Assembly (NCBI GenBank): GCA_043228905.1
Contig: JBHGNT010000007.1
Coordinates: 11,532,001 to 11,596,000, forward strand
Length of the DNA: 64,000 nucleotides
Direction of reading: 5' to 3'
Source of the DNA: Azolla caroliniana
Taxonomy: Eukaryota; Plantae; Polypodiophyta
In this document: piece by piece, positions 41,021 to 54,164 of the stretch
Layout: each line of letters starts with the position of its first letter
Position numbering within the stretch: position 1 is the first letter of the stretch
Notes under the pieces: model-generated
What the model saw: only the letters and a program-made list of their open reading frames with translations
Database searches by the model: none
Told to the model about the DNA's origin: nothing
Position numbers and translations under genes: made by a program

Positions 41021-41223
41021 CTTTTGGCCTCCTCCTTTCAAGGACAAGGCAAAGTGCAGAGATAGATATTAGTACTATGGTTGCATTCCAGAATTGTGAT
41101 TATATAACATTAGTGTGATTCTTAATTCATTTAACTTGATTGCATTATTATAGTGAACAAATCATCTGATACTCTGCAAAACCTCTATAACATACAATAA
41201 ATCACAACCAATGAGAATCATAC

Positions 41224-41277
41224 CTTGAAAACCAGCTTTCCAATAAATACTGTTATAAGTACGTTGCTCCTTTTCGC
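41224..41277 (-). CDS. EamA/DMT transporter exon 5: AKRSNVLITVFIGKLVFK
   Basis: tag|GCG...AAG|gtatga; 54 nt; typical KR...G..FKE EamA motif. Confidence 0.85.
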
Positions 41278-41914
41278 CTACAAGAGAATGTTGGTAAACG
41301 CTTGAAACAAAAATGAATTTTAAGTTTTTATAGGAGCACCAATAATCATAGACACCTTAACTCATGACCACAAATCGTTTAAAACAAACAAATAAACCAA
41401 TACATTTTGTTGATGCAATTATGCAACAATGAATAATGAAGAATGAAATTTTCCATATGAATAAAGATAATATCCCAACTCTATCAATGCTATTTGCACT
41501 AGAAAATTTTGAAAGTAAGTCATGTTGATGTCAACAAGATGAAAAAAATGACCTGCCCAATAAATCAGCTATACAAAAGATATGCATGTAGGATGTACAG
41601 TTGGCATGAATGTAAAAGAAAAATGACATGACCTAGAAAGAAGAAACCATTGATGCAAATCGAAGATCTAACCTAATAAACTGCAGTTCAATAAACTTCT
41701 ACAAGGTTGTCGGTCTGAAGTGCACACTATTTGCTTGAGTTTACTGTACTTTTACTAGAACTCTCCATTTGTAAATTTACAAAATGATTTTTCACTCTGT
41801 AACTCTCTTAAGAGCTTCTCGGACATATTTGGGTCACTTGGCTAATGTCAACTGGCTCAGGTGCCCTAAAAATACATTCTAATAAAACAATATACTTTTT
41901 GCTCCTAATACACG

Positions 41915-44620
41915 TCATGTTGATACCATTGCATACATCAATGACCCACAAGCTGAAGCATATGGGATTGCCTGCATTTTTTCTGTTTCCTCTTTGTCTT
42001 TGGGATAATGTGTTTTTGAAAGCTTTTCTTGTGATTGAAGAGGCACTGAAGATAGCTTTGCATAAGTCATTTGAAATCTTTCCTATACCTTCTCAATGTA
42101 CTTATCTTGATACACAAACAGTACCTTTTTTTTCCTATCCCGTCTGATTCTTATCCCAAGTATGCACTCAGCATTTCCGAGATCTTTCATAGAAAATGCA
42201 GATTTGAGTTTACATTTTAATTCCTGCAAACTTGTGTCATGCTTTCCTGCTATGAGCATGTCATCAACATACAAAACCAAAATAATAGACGTGCCATTAG
42301 TTACCTTTTTCATATAAAGACAAGGATCTGTCGCACTTCGATTAAAGACATTTATTTGAGAGCATGAAATAATCAAATTTCATATACCAAAGACCATAGA
42401 AGCTGTGTTGAAGTTTACAAACTAAATGCTCTTTTTCTGGAATCGGGAACCCTTCAAGTTGCAACATATAAAGTTCCTCATCTAGGCTACCATGAAGGAA
42501 AGTTGTCTTACACCCATTTGATATAACTCCAAATCCAAAAAGACTGAAATAGCGAAAAGTGTCCCGAGTGTAGTCATTTTGACTACTGGATCAAAAACCT
42601 CCTGAAAATCAATTCCTTGTATTTGTTTGTACCCTTTGGCTACCAAACGAGCCTTATACTTGGGTTTACCTTCTAGATTCTTTATCTTGTAGACCCACTT
42701 GTTTGGTATAGCCTTTTTACCTTTGGGTAGAGATTTACAAGCGCCCACGTGTTATTCTCATGGAGTGCTTTGATCTCCTCTTGCATAGCAAGCTCCCACT
42801 TGAAAGGGTTAGGAATGATGTCAATTGGACTAAGGAAACACTCAGACATCACCCACGTAGAGCGATGGCTGAAAAGATAGAGAGAGAGACAATTGGAGGA
42901 GCTCATCTTTTGAAGTGATATCCAAAAGTTCTAAAGTTATGTTTTATATAACCCATTTAGGGTTGGCCACGTTCACACTGAACTTGGCCCAAAAATAAAA
43001 GAATAAGTCATAAGTGACTTTTGGCCTTTGTAATTAGGCCTATACACATGTACACACTATAAGGGATCATTTAGGGCCTTTACCCCAACAACCTCCCACT
43101 TAAAGGCATAAATGACACCTTTAAGCTACGTAACTCCCACCATTTGTATACATATTTGATGTTGTGCTTTGGATAAGCACTTAGTGAGTACATTTGCAGG
43201 GTTTTGTGATGTGTGGACCTTTATCAATGTGATAAGGCCATCCTCAAGCACTTCTCGAATGAAGTGATTTCGCACATCAATATGTTTGGCGCATGCATGA
43301 AACATAGCATTCTTTGCCAAACAGATGGCACTCGGGTTATCACAACCAAGCAGAGGTGTCTTTTCAGGCAAACCAAACTAACTGCAAAGACATGCTAACC
43401 ATATCGCTTCCTTGGAAGCCTCAGTGGCTGAGATATATTCAGCTTCGGTAGTGGACAAAGCAACAAGCTTTTGCAGCCTAGTGCACCATGATACAGCACC
43501 ACCTACAAGTGTGAATACATAGCCACTTGTGGATTTCTGTGTATCCACATCATTTGCCATGTTAGAGTCATAGAAACCCTTCAACTCTACTAGGTCTTTT
43601 CTATAAGAGAGACATTTATTTTTAGTCCCTTTTAAGTACCTCTCATAATGGACTTGCCCGAATTAGCATGAATCGGCTTACAAATTCCACTGCATAGGCA
43701 ATATTAGGTCTAGTAGCAACCATAGCATACATAAGTGAACCACAATCTGAAGCATAAGGTACACCTTGCATGTCATTGATTGCTTCTTGTGTCTTAGGAC
43801 AATCTTCCTTAGAGATTTTAGCATAGGGCTGTAATGGCACTCCAAGAGGCTTTGCATCAGCCATACAAAATCTGTCCAGCATCTTTTCAATGTATTTTTC
43901 TTGAGATAAATACAATGTGTATTGTTCCCTTTGTCTCCTAATTCTTACTCCAAGTACATGTTCAGCTCCCCCAAGGTCTTTCATTGAGAATGCAGATTTC
44001 AGCTGCTTTTTAAGGACATCAACATTGTTCCTTTTCTTGCCAGCAATGAGCAAATCATCTACATATGGTACAAGAATGATGGGGCTGTCATTTTCATCTC
44101 GTTTAGTGTACAATCAGTGATCATCATGGCTTCTTTTGTACTCATGCTTGAGCATAAAAGCATCAAACTTTTTGTACCATTGTTTAGAAGCTTGTTTCAG
44201 CCCAGACAAGCTCCTATTGAGCTTACATACCAAATGTTCCTTTCCAGAAATAACAAAGCCCTCAGGCTGTTTCAAGTAAAGCTCTTCATCAATGTCACTA
44301 TGCAAAAAAGCTGTATGTACATCCATTTGATCTATTTCCAAATCAAGTGCAGCCATTATAGCAAAAAGCAATCGCAAAGTGGTCATTTTTAACACAGGAG
44401 AAAACACTTTTGGAAATCGATGCCCTTAGTTTGAGCATATCCTTTTGCAACCAGCCTTGCTTTATACTTCGGTTTGTCATCAACAATCTTGATTTTATAT
44501 GCTCATTTGTTAGGAATAGCTTTCCTTTCTTTGGGCAGTTCAACCAAGTCCCATGTATTATTTGAATGCAAAGCCTTAATCTCTACTTGCATAGCAAGCT
44601 CCCACTTAGTTTGATCGGAG
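41915..44620 (-). mobile_element. Two nested copia RT/RH remnants with an LTR at about 42801-43090, in intron 4
   Basis: YVDDML, YVDDLL, STTEAEY motifs; PPT-like AAGTGGGAGG before TGTTGGGG on the minus strand. Confidence 0.82.
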
Positions 44621-44731
44621 AAATGCAGAGGACAGAGGGAACAATATAGAAACCAGGAATTCCTACTTGGCAGAAAACGCAGAGGATAAGACATTGCAGG
44701 AACGCAAAAAGAAGAAAGAAAGAAAGAAAAC

Positions 44732-45348
44732 TTAACGTCTTTTAAGAGGCCAAAATGGCCTATAAGACCAAACAAGAGATTACATCTTAAGTCTTGTCTC
44801 GTCTTTGAGAACAAATCAAAATAAAATAAATATTACACAGTAAATATAAAAGTAAATAAGATGAGAAGAAATGAGGGAATCTGGTTTTTGGCACATGTGA
44901 GATTCTCAACTTACATATATTGTAGCTTTTGTCTTTGAAAGATCTCTAGCATAGGTCGATCCAGAATGGAAATGTCTCCGAAGCGAGGGAAGCACCTATG
45001 ATGGCGGGAGATAATGGCTTTTATCTGTCGATGACAAGGGTGTCGAGGTCGTGGTCCATGGGCCGGGGCCTACATGCATAGCAAATTGCTATTGCCCGAT
45101 CAATTGTAACCCCTTTGTTATGTCCTGGTCTGGAGCCCATTTGTGTATCCCGTGATTGACTTGTAGCATTAGTAGGAGCGATGGGGCTAAAGGAAGTTGT
45201 GATTGGTTCTTTGTGGATGAGCTTGTATGGTATATTCTTCAACAACTTTTCCCAATGTCTCTTGAGCTCTAGCAAGAAAAGTCCTAGGCATCGTTGGTCC
45301 TCATATTCCATTGCCTTGCGTAGCGAGCCAAAGCCTTGTTTAAAGAGA
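44732..45348 (-). mobile_element. LINE 3' fragment, copy 1
   Basis: Closely similar to the 3' part of 45448-46245. Confidence 0.75.
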
Positions 45349-45447
45349 AACATGACCATTGTTCAACACAAAGGATCAGTTATTGTAGAAAAAGAAAAGA
45401 TAGAGAATAGAGAGGTAGAGAGGTAGAGAGGTAGAGAGAAAGATATA

Positions 45448-46245
45448 TTAACGTCTTTTAAGAGGCCAAAATGGCCTATAAGACCAAATAAGAGATTACA
45501 TCTTGAGGGTTATCTCATCTTTGAGAACAAATCAAAATAAAATAAATACTACACAGTAAATATAAAAGTAAGTAAGATGAAAAGAGAAGAAACGAGGGAA
45601 TCTGGTTTTTGGCACATGTGAGATTCTCAAGTTAGGTATATTGTAGCTTTTGTCTTCGAAAGATCTCTAGCATAGGTCGATCCAGAATGGAAATGTCTCC
45701 GAAGCGAGGGATGCACCTACGATGGCAAGAGATAATGGCTTTTATCTGTCGATGACAAGGGTGTCGAGGTCGTGGTCCATGGGGGCAGGGCCTACGTGCA
45801 CGGCAAATTGCTATTGCCCAATCAATTGTAACCCCTTTGTTATGTCATGGTCTGGAGCCCATTTGTGTATCCCGTGATGGACTTGTAGGATTAGTAGGAG
45901 TGATGGGGCTAAAGAAAGTTGTGATTGTTCTTTGTGAATAAGCTTGTGTGGCTGTATTCTTGAACAACTTTTCCCGATGTCTCTTGAGCTCTAGCAAAAA
46001 AAGTCCTAGGCATCGTTGGTCCTCATATTCCATTACCTTGCATAGTGGGCCAAAGCCTTGCTTAAAGAGGCAATGGTATCTCCCTCTGATTTCATAAAAG
46101 ACACTACAATGACAAACATAGTGTTCCTCAAATTCCACTCCTTGATGACACAATTGGCAAATTCTCTCTTCTAGAGGTAGTCGTGTATATCTGCCTACCT
46201 CAATCTGTAGCTGATGTGATGAAGTTCTTATCTGCCCTATCACAC
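45448..46245 (-). mobile_element. LINE 3' fragment, copy 2, with C-terminal CCHC domain (CR1/L2/RTE-X-like)
   Basis: IRTSSHQLQIEVGRY...ERICQLCHQGVEFEEHYVCHC. Confidence 0.78.
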
Positions 46246-47983
46246 TACACAGCGCATAGGATAGAACAGGATAGGGCAGGCTAATAAGAAAAGGAAAAAA
46301 AAGCACTAATGAGAAGACCACAAGTTAGGAGACAAAAGAAAAACACATATGAAACCCATAACGTAGGTTGGCAAACTCATATATTGATCAAGAAAACATA
46401 CTGAAGTTTCGCACCTTCTACGCCCTCTGTTAGGTCCAGGATGCATCAAAGTTCTGAGGGATTAAGAGTAGTTCCACAAATTTTTTGAGGCTCTCAAATC
46501 TGGTAAGGTATAGGTCACCAGCATATTTCCATGCAAGAAGTCACAAATAGCACCGTTTGCTTGAAATAAATGAGACTCACTCAGACAACCTTGTCTTTTC
46601 TACTCTAGAGAAAGAACGTGTATAACAGAACCTCAAATTCTGTTTCCAACCAAGAGCGAACAAAGTTCACTTTCTGTGGTTTATAGTAATATAGAATGGT
46701 AACGTCCAGACCATAGGGACATTCCCAGGATCAGGATATCCTCTTATTCTCAATTAACTGTGCTGTAATTCCATCACCAACTTTTCAAATGCGTTCATCT
46801 TCCATATTAAGAGCGTGATCTCAATCAACTTGTTCCAAAATGATGCAACTGGCTTCGGCTTTTGTATTTATGAACCAGGATCTACCGTTAGGCAACACCA
46901 TTGTGGAAATGAATCCTTTTCATGATCTTTGAGAAGCCAAAGTATCTGCCATGACTGATCCGGTTCATCAGTTACTACAATCCTACATCCCCATCGACCA
47001 GAACCTCAACCATCAGTTTGTCTATAACTTGCTCTATAAATTCTTCAGACTTTTCTCAAACCTAGAAAGGGTCCTCAGAAAACTCTACTTGAAACCTGAG
47101 TTTGCATAGCTTTCACACCGAGAATAAATGAAACCCCAATTTCAGAGCATAGAGATTCTTGGAAGTAAAAGTGCTTCCTTTTCCATTGGGAAACAACGCC
47201 AGAATTCTAAGACATAAAAATACCTCTTTGAAATAAAATGGAACAAAAGAGGATAAAATAGACAATCTTTTATTGGACTAGGTCTTTTGCCATAAAACAA
47301 AGAACCAAACACTTCAAGTTCTTTAGATAATAATAACAACAATAGACCCGGAAACACTTATAGCTAAAGACTTCAGTTCATGGTTTGGGGGGAAATGAAT
47401 TAGCTGAAAAATATGCTAATACTTGAGAGGTAAGAAATGAAGTATATACAAGAACTCAATGGAATAATTCCTTAAGTCACAAATATAAATGTTTCTCAGG
47501 TCATATCTGAAGATATTGTATTCTCCGAGTATAAGGGACAGTATTCAAGTTTCTATCGCAATATCCCTCTTCTCTCCCTTTCTAAAAAGATGTCACGTCT
47601 CACAAACATCTCAATAACCTTAATAAAAATATTTGTTTCAAGGATTTTCATAAATGAAATGTACATATATATGTAAGACTATCTTGAGACAAGCAAAGAA
47701 AAAAATGGTGGAGCCATTTGAGGATGAACCTGCTATGATTCACCCCTTGAAGACGAGACCAAAATTGAAGCTTAATGAGGAACATAAAATGCAGAAAGAA
47801 AGAACATATTTTTAAGATATTTGTACAGTCTCTTTACATATTACGATTCATATTAAATTCTACTATTATCCTAGGACCTTATTAACTCTACTTGGTATTT
47901 CCTGAAATAATTGGACCTGAAATTAATTACAATACGATAAGTGAATATTATATTAAATTCAAATCAGGTATAGGCTCACTCAC

Positions 47984-48110
47984 TGCAATAGCATATGCAA
48001 CCAGCAACGTCTCCAAGCTCTTCAAATAGCAAATGAAAGCCACAATCTCAAATATTGAGATCATTAGAAGCACATGGAATTGTCTAAATACATGTTTGAA
48101 CGATGGTAAA
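47984..48110 (-). CDS. EamA/DMT transporter exon 4
   Basis: cag|T TTA CCA...ATT GCA|gtgagt; LPSFKHVFRQFHVLLMISIFEIVAFICYLKSLETLLVAYAIA. Confidence 0.87.
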
Positions 48111-48289
48111 CTGCAAAAAAATAAATAAATAAAAAGTTAAGTCGCAATATCAGTTGCATTCTCCATGTTTGAACATCCTCTTTTTCACTTATAGTGAAGC
48201 ATAAAATCTAACCAGAAAGAGTCTATTGGCCTCAAAATATATTTTACTTAAGATAGAAATAGGTTGCGTACAAATTACAATCTGCTCAC

Positions 48290-48394
48290 CTATGGAATGA
48301 AAGAAACAGAACAAGTGGGATAGCCATGATAACCTTCTGAAGAGCTGCAAATATAATTGGTGAAGGTGCCAAATGTGCTCCCATTTTATCAAGA
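48290..48394 (-). CDS. EamA/DMT transporter exon 3
   Basis: cag|...|gtgag; LDKMGAHLAPSPIIFAALQKVIMAIPLVLFLSFH. Confidence 0.87.
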
Positions 48395-48481
48395 CTGAAA
48401 TGACACATGAAAAATTGAACCCGTTCAGCATCAAACAAAGCAAAAAAATATCAAGCAAGGATTGCAGGAATTCAATAACAC

Positions 48482-48583
48482 CTGTTGCTGACACTCAATA
48501 GGCCTGCAACACCGAGCATTAGAAGACTTCCTTGCTCTCGTTTTAAAGCAAGAAATGGCTCAAAGATATGAGTTGTCAAACTC
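48482..48583 (-). CDS. EamA/DMT transporter exon 2
   Basis: cag|...AG|gtgtta; SLTTHIFEPFLALKREQGSLLMLGVAGLLSVSN. Confidence 0.87.
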
Positions 48584-48749
48584 CTGAAGAACTATCCATA
48601 TATTAATTACCATTTACATCATTTATGGAATTCCAAGAACAATTAAATCCATCTATTTAGCATTTTCTGCCAAATGGCTCCATATTAATTAAAACTTTAA
48701 TTCACATTTTTTATCCCAAATAAGCAACATCATGGTGATAAGTGCTTAC

Positions 48750-49453
48750 CCATCCATTATTGAACAGTTGTAACTGTTTGTTAGGAGACCATGAAATGCC
48801 TGTTTTTCGTCAGTCTCAACAACCAGAATTTTCTGGTTTACTTCATCCATTTCCTCTGCTTTTTTCATATCATCAATTGATTTGGATGATTTCTCTCTTC
48901 CCCGGAGCAGATGACTACACCATTTTGGTAGTATACCTATAATGGAGGCCAAAAGACCATACAATGATTTTGACCTAGTTCTCTCTTTTTTAATTTCTGG
49001 ATCCCCTGGCTGTTCTACAGCAAGTAAATATCCACCGATTGTCACCACCAGAACTCCAAGAAGACCTTGATAACTCGGTGTCTCGTGCATCATAAAGAAA
49101 CTTGTAAATACAAGTAAAACTGGTGTAAACGCAAGATATGGCACAGTAACCGATAACGGTGATAAATGTAACGCCTTTTGATATAGAAATCCAGCTATGA
49201 CTTTAAGCCCCGCACTGATAACAACAATTCGCAAAAACTTTACATCCGACCCCTCAAACATTGTGTTTATAGATCCACCTTTTCCTAACACAAGGACAAG
49301 GATAACTAGCAAAATTGCATCTAGAAACCCTACAATCCCAATCAATTCAGTTATTGAAAATCTTTGTGATGCGAATTTTCGGCTTCCATCTATACAGCTA
49401 TTACCTATTGCTGCCCCAGCTGCAAAGGCAAATCCAAATCCAATGGCCCTCAT
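48750..49453 (-). CDS. EamA/DMT transporter exon 1 (first EamA repeat plus hydrophilic loop)
   Basis: ORF 48746-49453 with transmembrane helices and KALHLSPLSVTVPYLAFTPVLL...ETPS..GLLG; donor GG|gtaag; six exons total 1164 nt = 387 aa plus stop. Confidence 0.9.
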
Positions 49454-50910
49454 TGTGACAGGGATACTTTATCAAAAAATATCCTTGTTTTGTTACACAA
49501 ATCGACAAGTTAACAGGTACCAGTTAGTAGTTGTCTGTAATATTTGTTAGGCCTTATAAGCAATTATGGTGTTTTTAAAATGTTAATAAACCCAGGCGCC
49601 CCTCTTGTGTCACTTTCAACTCAAAATCAATAAGCAATTAGTACTGAGTAACCTTTGTTAGCCTTACATACCATTATGGTATTCTGTAGGTATTAATATA
49701 CCTAAAGCCCCATACTTCTATTGATCTAAATTCTAACTGAATAAGGACTAAGATGTACGTCGTGTTGTTTAGGTCTTATATGCCATTATGGTCTATTGAA
49801 GATGTTGATATAAATGAAAAATCCTTTTGTTGTTCTTGATTAAACGAGGTGACACATGTACTTGTAATACTTTTGTCCTATGAGATATCTTCATTTCTGG
49901 TCCCTACTTTCACCATGAAAATGAAATCAAGATGTGATCTTGTCTCTCAAGTCGCCCAGAGTTTCACTGCATTCGCAATCCAAAAAGGCAACCGGGAACA
50001 ATTGGTTCTTATGCCAGCATCTGTGTAATATACGGCCAAATGAAAAATGGACTCGTATCTAATGTGCGAATCTAATGATTATGCTACATACTAGAGAGCT
50101 ATGGACAATATGGTACATACCCTATAAATTCCTGCAAAGAAAAGACCATAAAACAACTATTATTAAGGACATGAATTACTCAAAAACATCCTAGAATAGC
50201 TGTGTAGAATGAATATTGCATCAAATTTTCGGTTAATTTTTAATAAGAAAATGAAAAATAGACAGAAAATTTTAGATTCGCATTATCAAGACGCAAATAT
50301 AAGAAGACTTACCCCTCATTTAGGTTCGTTTTCAAGCTGGAAAAAAACAATACTGCAATCTAAGATGATTGCTAAAACCCTAAAAAGCTCAGACTTACTG
50401 CTTCCAAATATCGGGTTAGGAAAAGGATAATAATAATAGTAAGGAAAGAAATGGTTTGATAAAGCGCACAGATATGATATTTTGGAGTTGCAGAGCAGAA
50501 CCAGGAACCCTAAGGCCACGGCAGGTTAAAAAATAAAAACATGCATCTTGCGTGGGAGGAGTGCAAAGAAATGTCTCATTTCCACGTGTTCCCTGACCCT
50601 CCCAGAAGAAGAAGAAGAAGAAGAAGAAGAAGAAGGAGTTGCAGTGTGGCAATGGCATGGCAGTCCTTTTGTTGACAACTTCCGTAATTTTGTGATGCCT
50701 TTCATATTGCCCGCTTCTCATCCCCCCTCACGGTCACACCCTTTGTGTAGGGATAGATAGATCAAGAAGGAGAAAGAGAAGTTCGAACGCAATTGAAACT
50801 CTAAGGATTATAGTCGAATGTCATAGTCAAACTCGGGAATTTTGATTGTTCACGGCCAAACTATACATGCATGCATCGAAGAGAATGTGAACTAAGTAAG
50901 TTGTAGTATG

Positions 50911-51474
50911 TGTTGGGAAACAGGTCCCTCCAGATGGGAAGAGAACGAACCAAATCGAGTGGAGTCAATGAATATTTCGGCCGAGGCCGACATCGAAAAC
51001 CAAAACCGAATTCGGGCGACTATATTTGTAAATAGTCTAAAGGTGCCCCATGTGGGCTATACTTGTAAATAGCTATAAAGTTGTATAAGTATAATATATA
51101 ACTAGGGAAACTTTTTATGTGTGTGAGAATTATTATAGTTGTAATAAGTGATACATAAGGTAGTTGCCTTTGTAACAGTGAGAGTAAGAAAGAGAGAGAG
51201 AGAGAGTTAGTGTGTGTAACTCTGTAATCATCTGTCTGTCAAACGAAGAAGATCTCGAGGTCATTGCCTCAGAGTTTCTTATTGTACTTCCTCTCATTAT
51301 AGTGATTTTGTTTCTCTTGTGGACCCCGTGGTTTTTCCCTTTCGGGTTTTCCACGTTAAATATTTGTATCTCGTTTTTGAGTTTCTCGTTTTTCTATCTG
51401 TGTACTATCTATCTCGATTCTTTGCACCTGAACATCGCAAGTGGAACCGGTTGCTGCCGGTCACGATCCTAACC
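50911..51474 (+). mobile_element. Copia-type solo LTR upstream of the EamA gene
   Basis: TGTTGG...CCTAAC(C); TSD GTATG on both sides; CCCGTGGTTTTTCCC...GGGTTTTCCACGT motif. Confidence 0.8.
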
Positions 51475-52744
51475 GTATGGGAGCAAATGGCGTGGCTAGA
51501 TTGTCACATCGTCCAAACCATTTATTTTAATATCTCACATCCATCCAAAAGTCACGTGGAACACATATAGCATTGGTCCATACCTCTTCCGAAGGACAAC
51601 TTGAGGTAGAGAAATGATCATGTTGCACCTACAATTTAAGTTGATAGTTGGTTGACATTTATGAAAGTTTAGAGCTTTTATGTTCTTAAGAGTTTCTAAA
51701 TTACAATTCCACTATCCTTCTAGTACTTTGACTTTGCCTCTCAATACTAATAATATAACTTTCCTTGTGGATATGTTTGATACTTCATTCAACATACTAG
51801 GTCTTTCATATATATACCTAGCATCGCACTGTAGATTACGAACTTAATCCTTAAGCAATGTGCTTGATGTTGCATTAATTATGAAACTCAAAATTATTCT
51901 TTAGTTTGAGATCATGCAAAGTGGCAAAATGTCTTAACATAATCAAGATTTTGCCACAATCCAAAAGTTGAAAAGGATATCTTTAACCTTTAGTAATAAG
52001 TACAACCTTAACAAATAAATTCAAATGTGCAACTCTTCAAATTCTCTATTTGGGATCAAGCACACAAAGAAAATGGCTCTACAAAATCAGTGCCAAAATC
52101 CATAGTGGAAAATGGTGATCATTGCACTTTTTGAAGAAATTCAAATCAATATAACCCTTACTAGGACCATCCAATATGCATGCGCACATATCTTGCATTC
52201 AACATTGACTAACCACTAGTTATTAAAAGACAAAATTGGTTCAAAGAAAAAGACTTATAATGTTGAATTCAATTATAGGAATTAATAGCATGCTCTCATC
52301 TTCCACATGCACACACATTATTGTTAATTGGATTGAGGTATCTCCCGACAACAAGATGCATTCACATAATTGAGGTCTCGTGTAAACAAGATACCTTTGT
52401 GTGTTAAAAGCCGCATGGTATCAAGGCCTTGTTGTAATTAAGAGCTTCATGGAAATATACATCTTCATGTTGATAGGTCTTCGTGGAAATTGAAATTCGT
52501 GTGAATAAATCTTTGGAGAAATAGAGACCTTTATATTCAATACCTTTGTAGAATCAAGGTCTTTATGAAATTGAGAACTTTGTGTAATCAAGGTTTCAAG
52601 ACTCATGGTGTCTTTTTGTTCATTCTTTCCAGAGATTATGCAAGACATTATAGAGCAAATTAGTGGGTGGCATTCAAGGCAAGTGTGGTTGATCATGTGT
52701 TATTTTGATTGTAAAGTGATTCATGGTTGAGGAGATGCAAGTGA

Positions 52745-53957
52745 TGAAGATCTACCATAGGAGTTGAGCTCATACAAGTGGTTGTGGTTGCAAGCTATAC
52801 GCGATGGGTGATGAAAAGTCTGAGTAAAGGTTCATTGAGAGAGGGTAATAGAGAAACAATGCACAAGAGAAGGATAGATCCATAGATTGACATATTCACA
52901 TTCGTCGGGTTTCCCAATCGAATGCAAATGAATACGAATACGAATGGGTGGTCAAATATTCATTTAACTCAAAAAAAAAAAAAAACTCTGTCTTTTTTAA
53001 TTTCCTAAGATAAAAAAAAAGGAACTTGACAATAAATAGGGATAATAAAAGAGGGACTTGGGGATTTGACACTACTAAAATTTTATAATAAATGTATAAC
53101 TTATAAGTTATAAGAATTCGTTTTTTTTAATAAATAAATAAAATAAAATAAAGGCTCATTAATTTCTTTCTTTTTATTCCCTCAAAATTTATGGATATTT
53201 TTATTTTGACATTAAAAATAGTACTTCAAACTAATCATATTTTTCAAAGTTCATACTAATTATATTTGTATAATGAATATAAAAATAATCATTTTTTAAA
53301 AATTAATTAATTGATTGATTAATTAAAATAAGTTTCATAAACTCTCTTGACACTATAATCTATTAATGAATAATTGTTCTTTTTTTGGTGCAATAAATTT
53401 ATTTAAATAAATAAATAAATAATTTATATTTATTTTGCAAAACGAATGGTTTTCTAATATTCTTGGGGCCATTTCGTATTCTCGAATATTGAGATATTGC
53501 ACATGGAGAACATCACGAATATCACACATGTGTCAATCTATGGATAGAGCCTAGGAAAACTATATGAAGGAAGAGTGAAGATGTGTATCAAATCTAGAGA
53601 GGAACCACAAGGGTCTTGAACCAAGGAAAACATGTTTGATTATGTTGTCAATGAATATTTTGGGGGGTTAGTGGCTGATTTAGAACCCTTTTGCTCTTCT
53701 TTAAGAACCATTCTCTTTGGTTTGTCGCTTTTCTATGTGCGTGTACGCCTTTGCTTTATATTCTATGTCATGAGAGTGTGTTACTGTATATATAAACTTG
53801 AGTTTGTTGTGAACATCTAAGTGCAAGTGTGTGTGCAAGACTACGTATATGTGTATATATCTATGTGGTAATCAATATTATGAAATTGTAAATGTGTTGT
53901 CATAAGTGTGTATGCACACTTTCATGTGAATGTAAATAATGTGAGGGTGGTTCTTCA
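52745..53957 (+). mobile_element. Probable solo LTR containing a MITE
   Basis: TGAAGA...TCTTCA termini; flanks AGTGA/TGTGA. Confidence 0.5.
52881..53542. mobile_element. hAT-type MITE, second family
   Basis: TIR CATAGATTGACA/TGTCAATCTATG; 8-bp TSD GATAGATC/GATAGAGC; AT-rich core. Confidence 0.88.
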
Positions 53958-54164
53958 TGTGAGTTTGCATTGTTGTACTAATGTATATATAAAGATCCAA
54001 GTGGAAAAGAAAAAAAAGAAAGCGAGAAAGAGATAATGAAAAAGGAACAAGGTCGAATGAGAGAATTTGTTACGGGCATGACCATATAATATCCTGCGGT
54101 GAGAATTTACCGTAGTATTCTTTACACTCTCATTTAACCCTCACACTTACGGGCATGACCAAAG

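Noticed and set aside
46440-47400. Possible L1 endonuclease remnant (MQEV- and DLN-like residues)
   Set aside because: Too decayed to support by eye
48189-48494. 101-aa ORF as a separate gene
   Set aside because: Off-frame overlap of EamA exons 2-3 and their introns
54070-54163. TTACGGGCATGACCA direct repeat at the copia G breakpoint
   Set aside because: Could be a transposon end, but no matching opposite terminus was found
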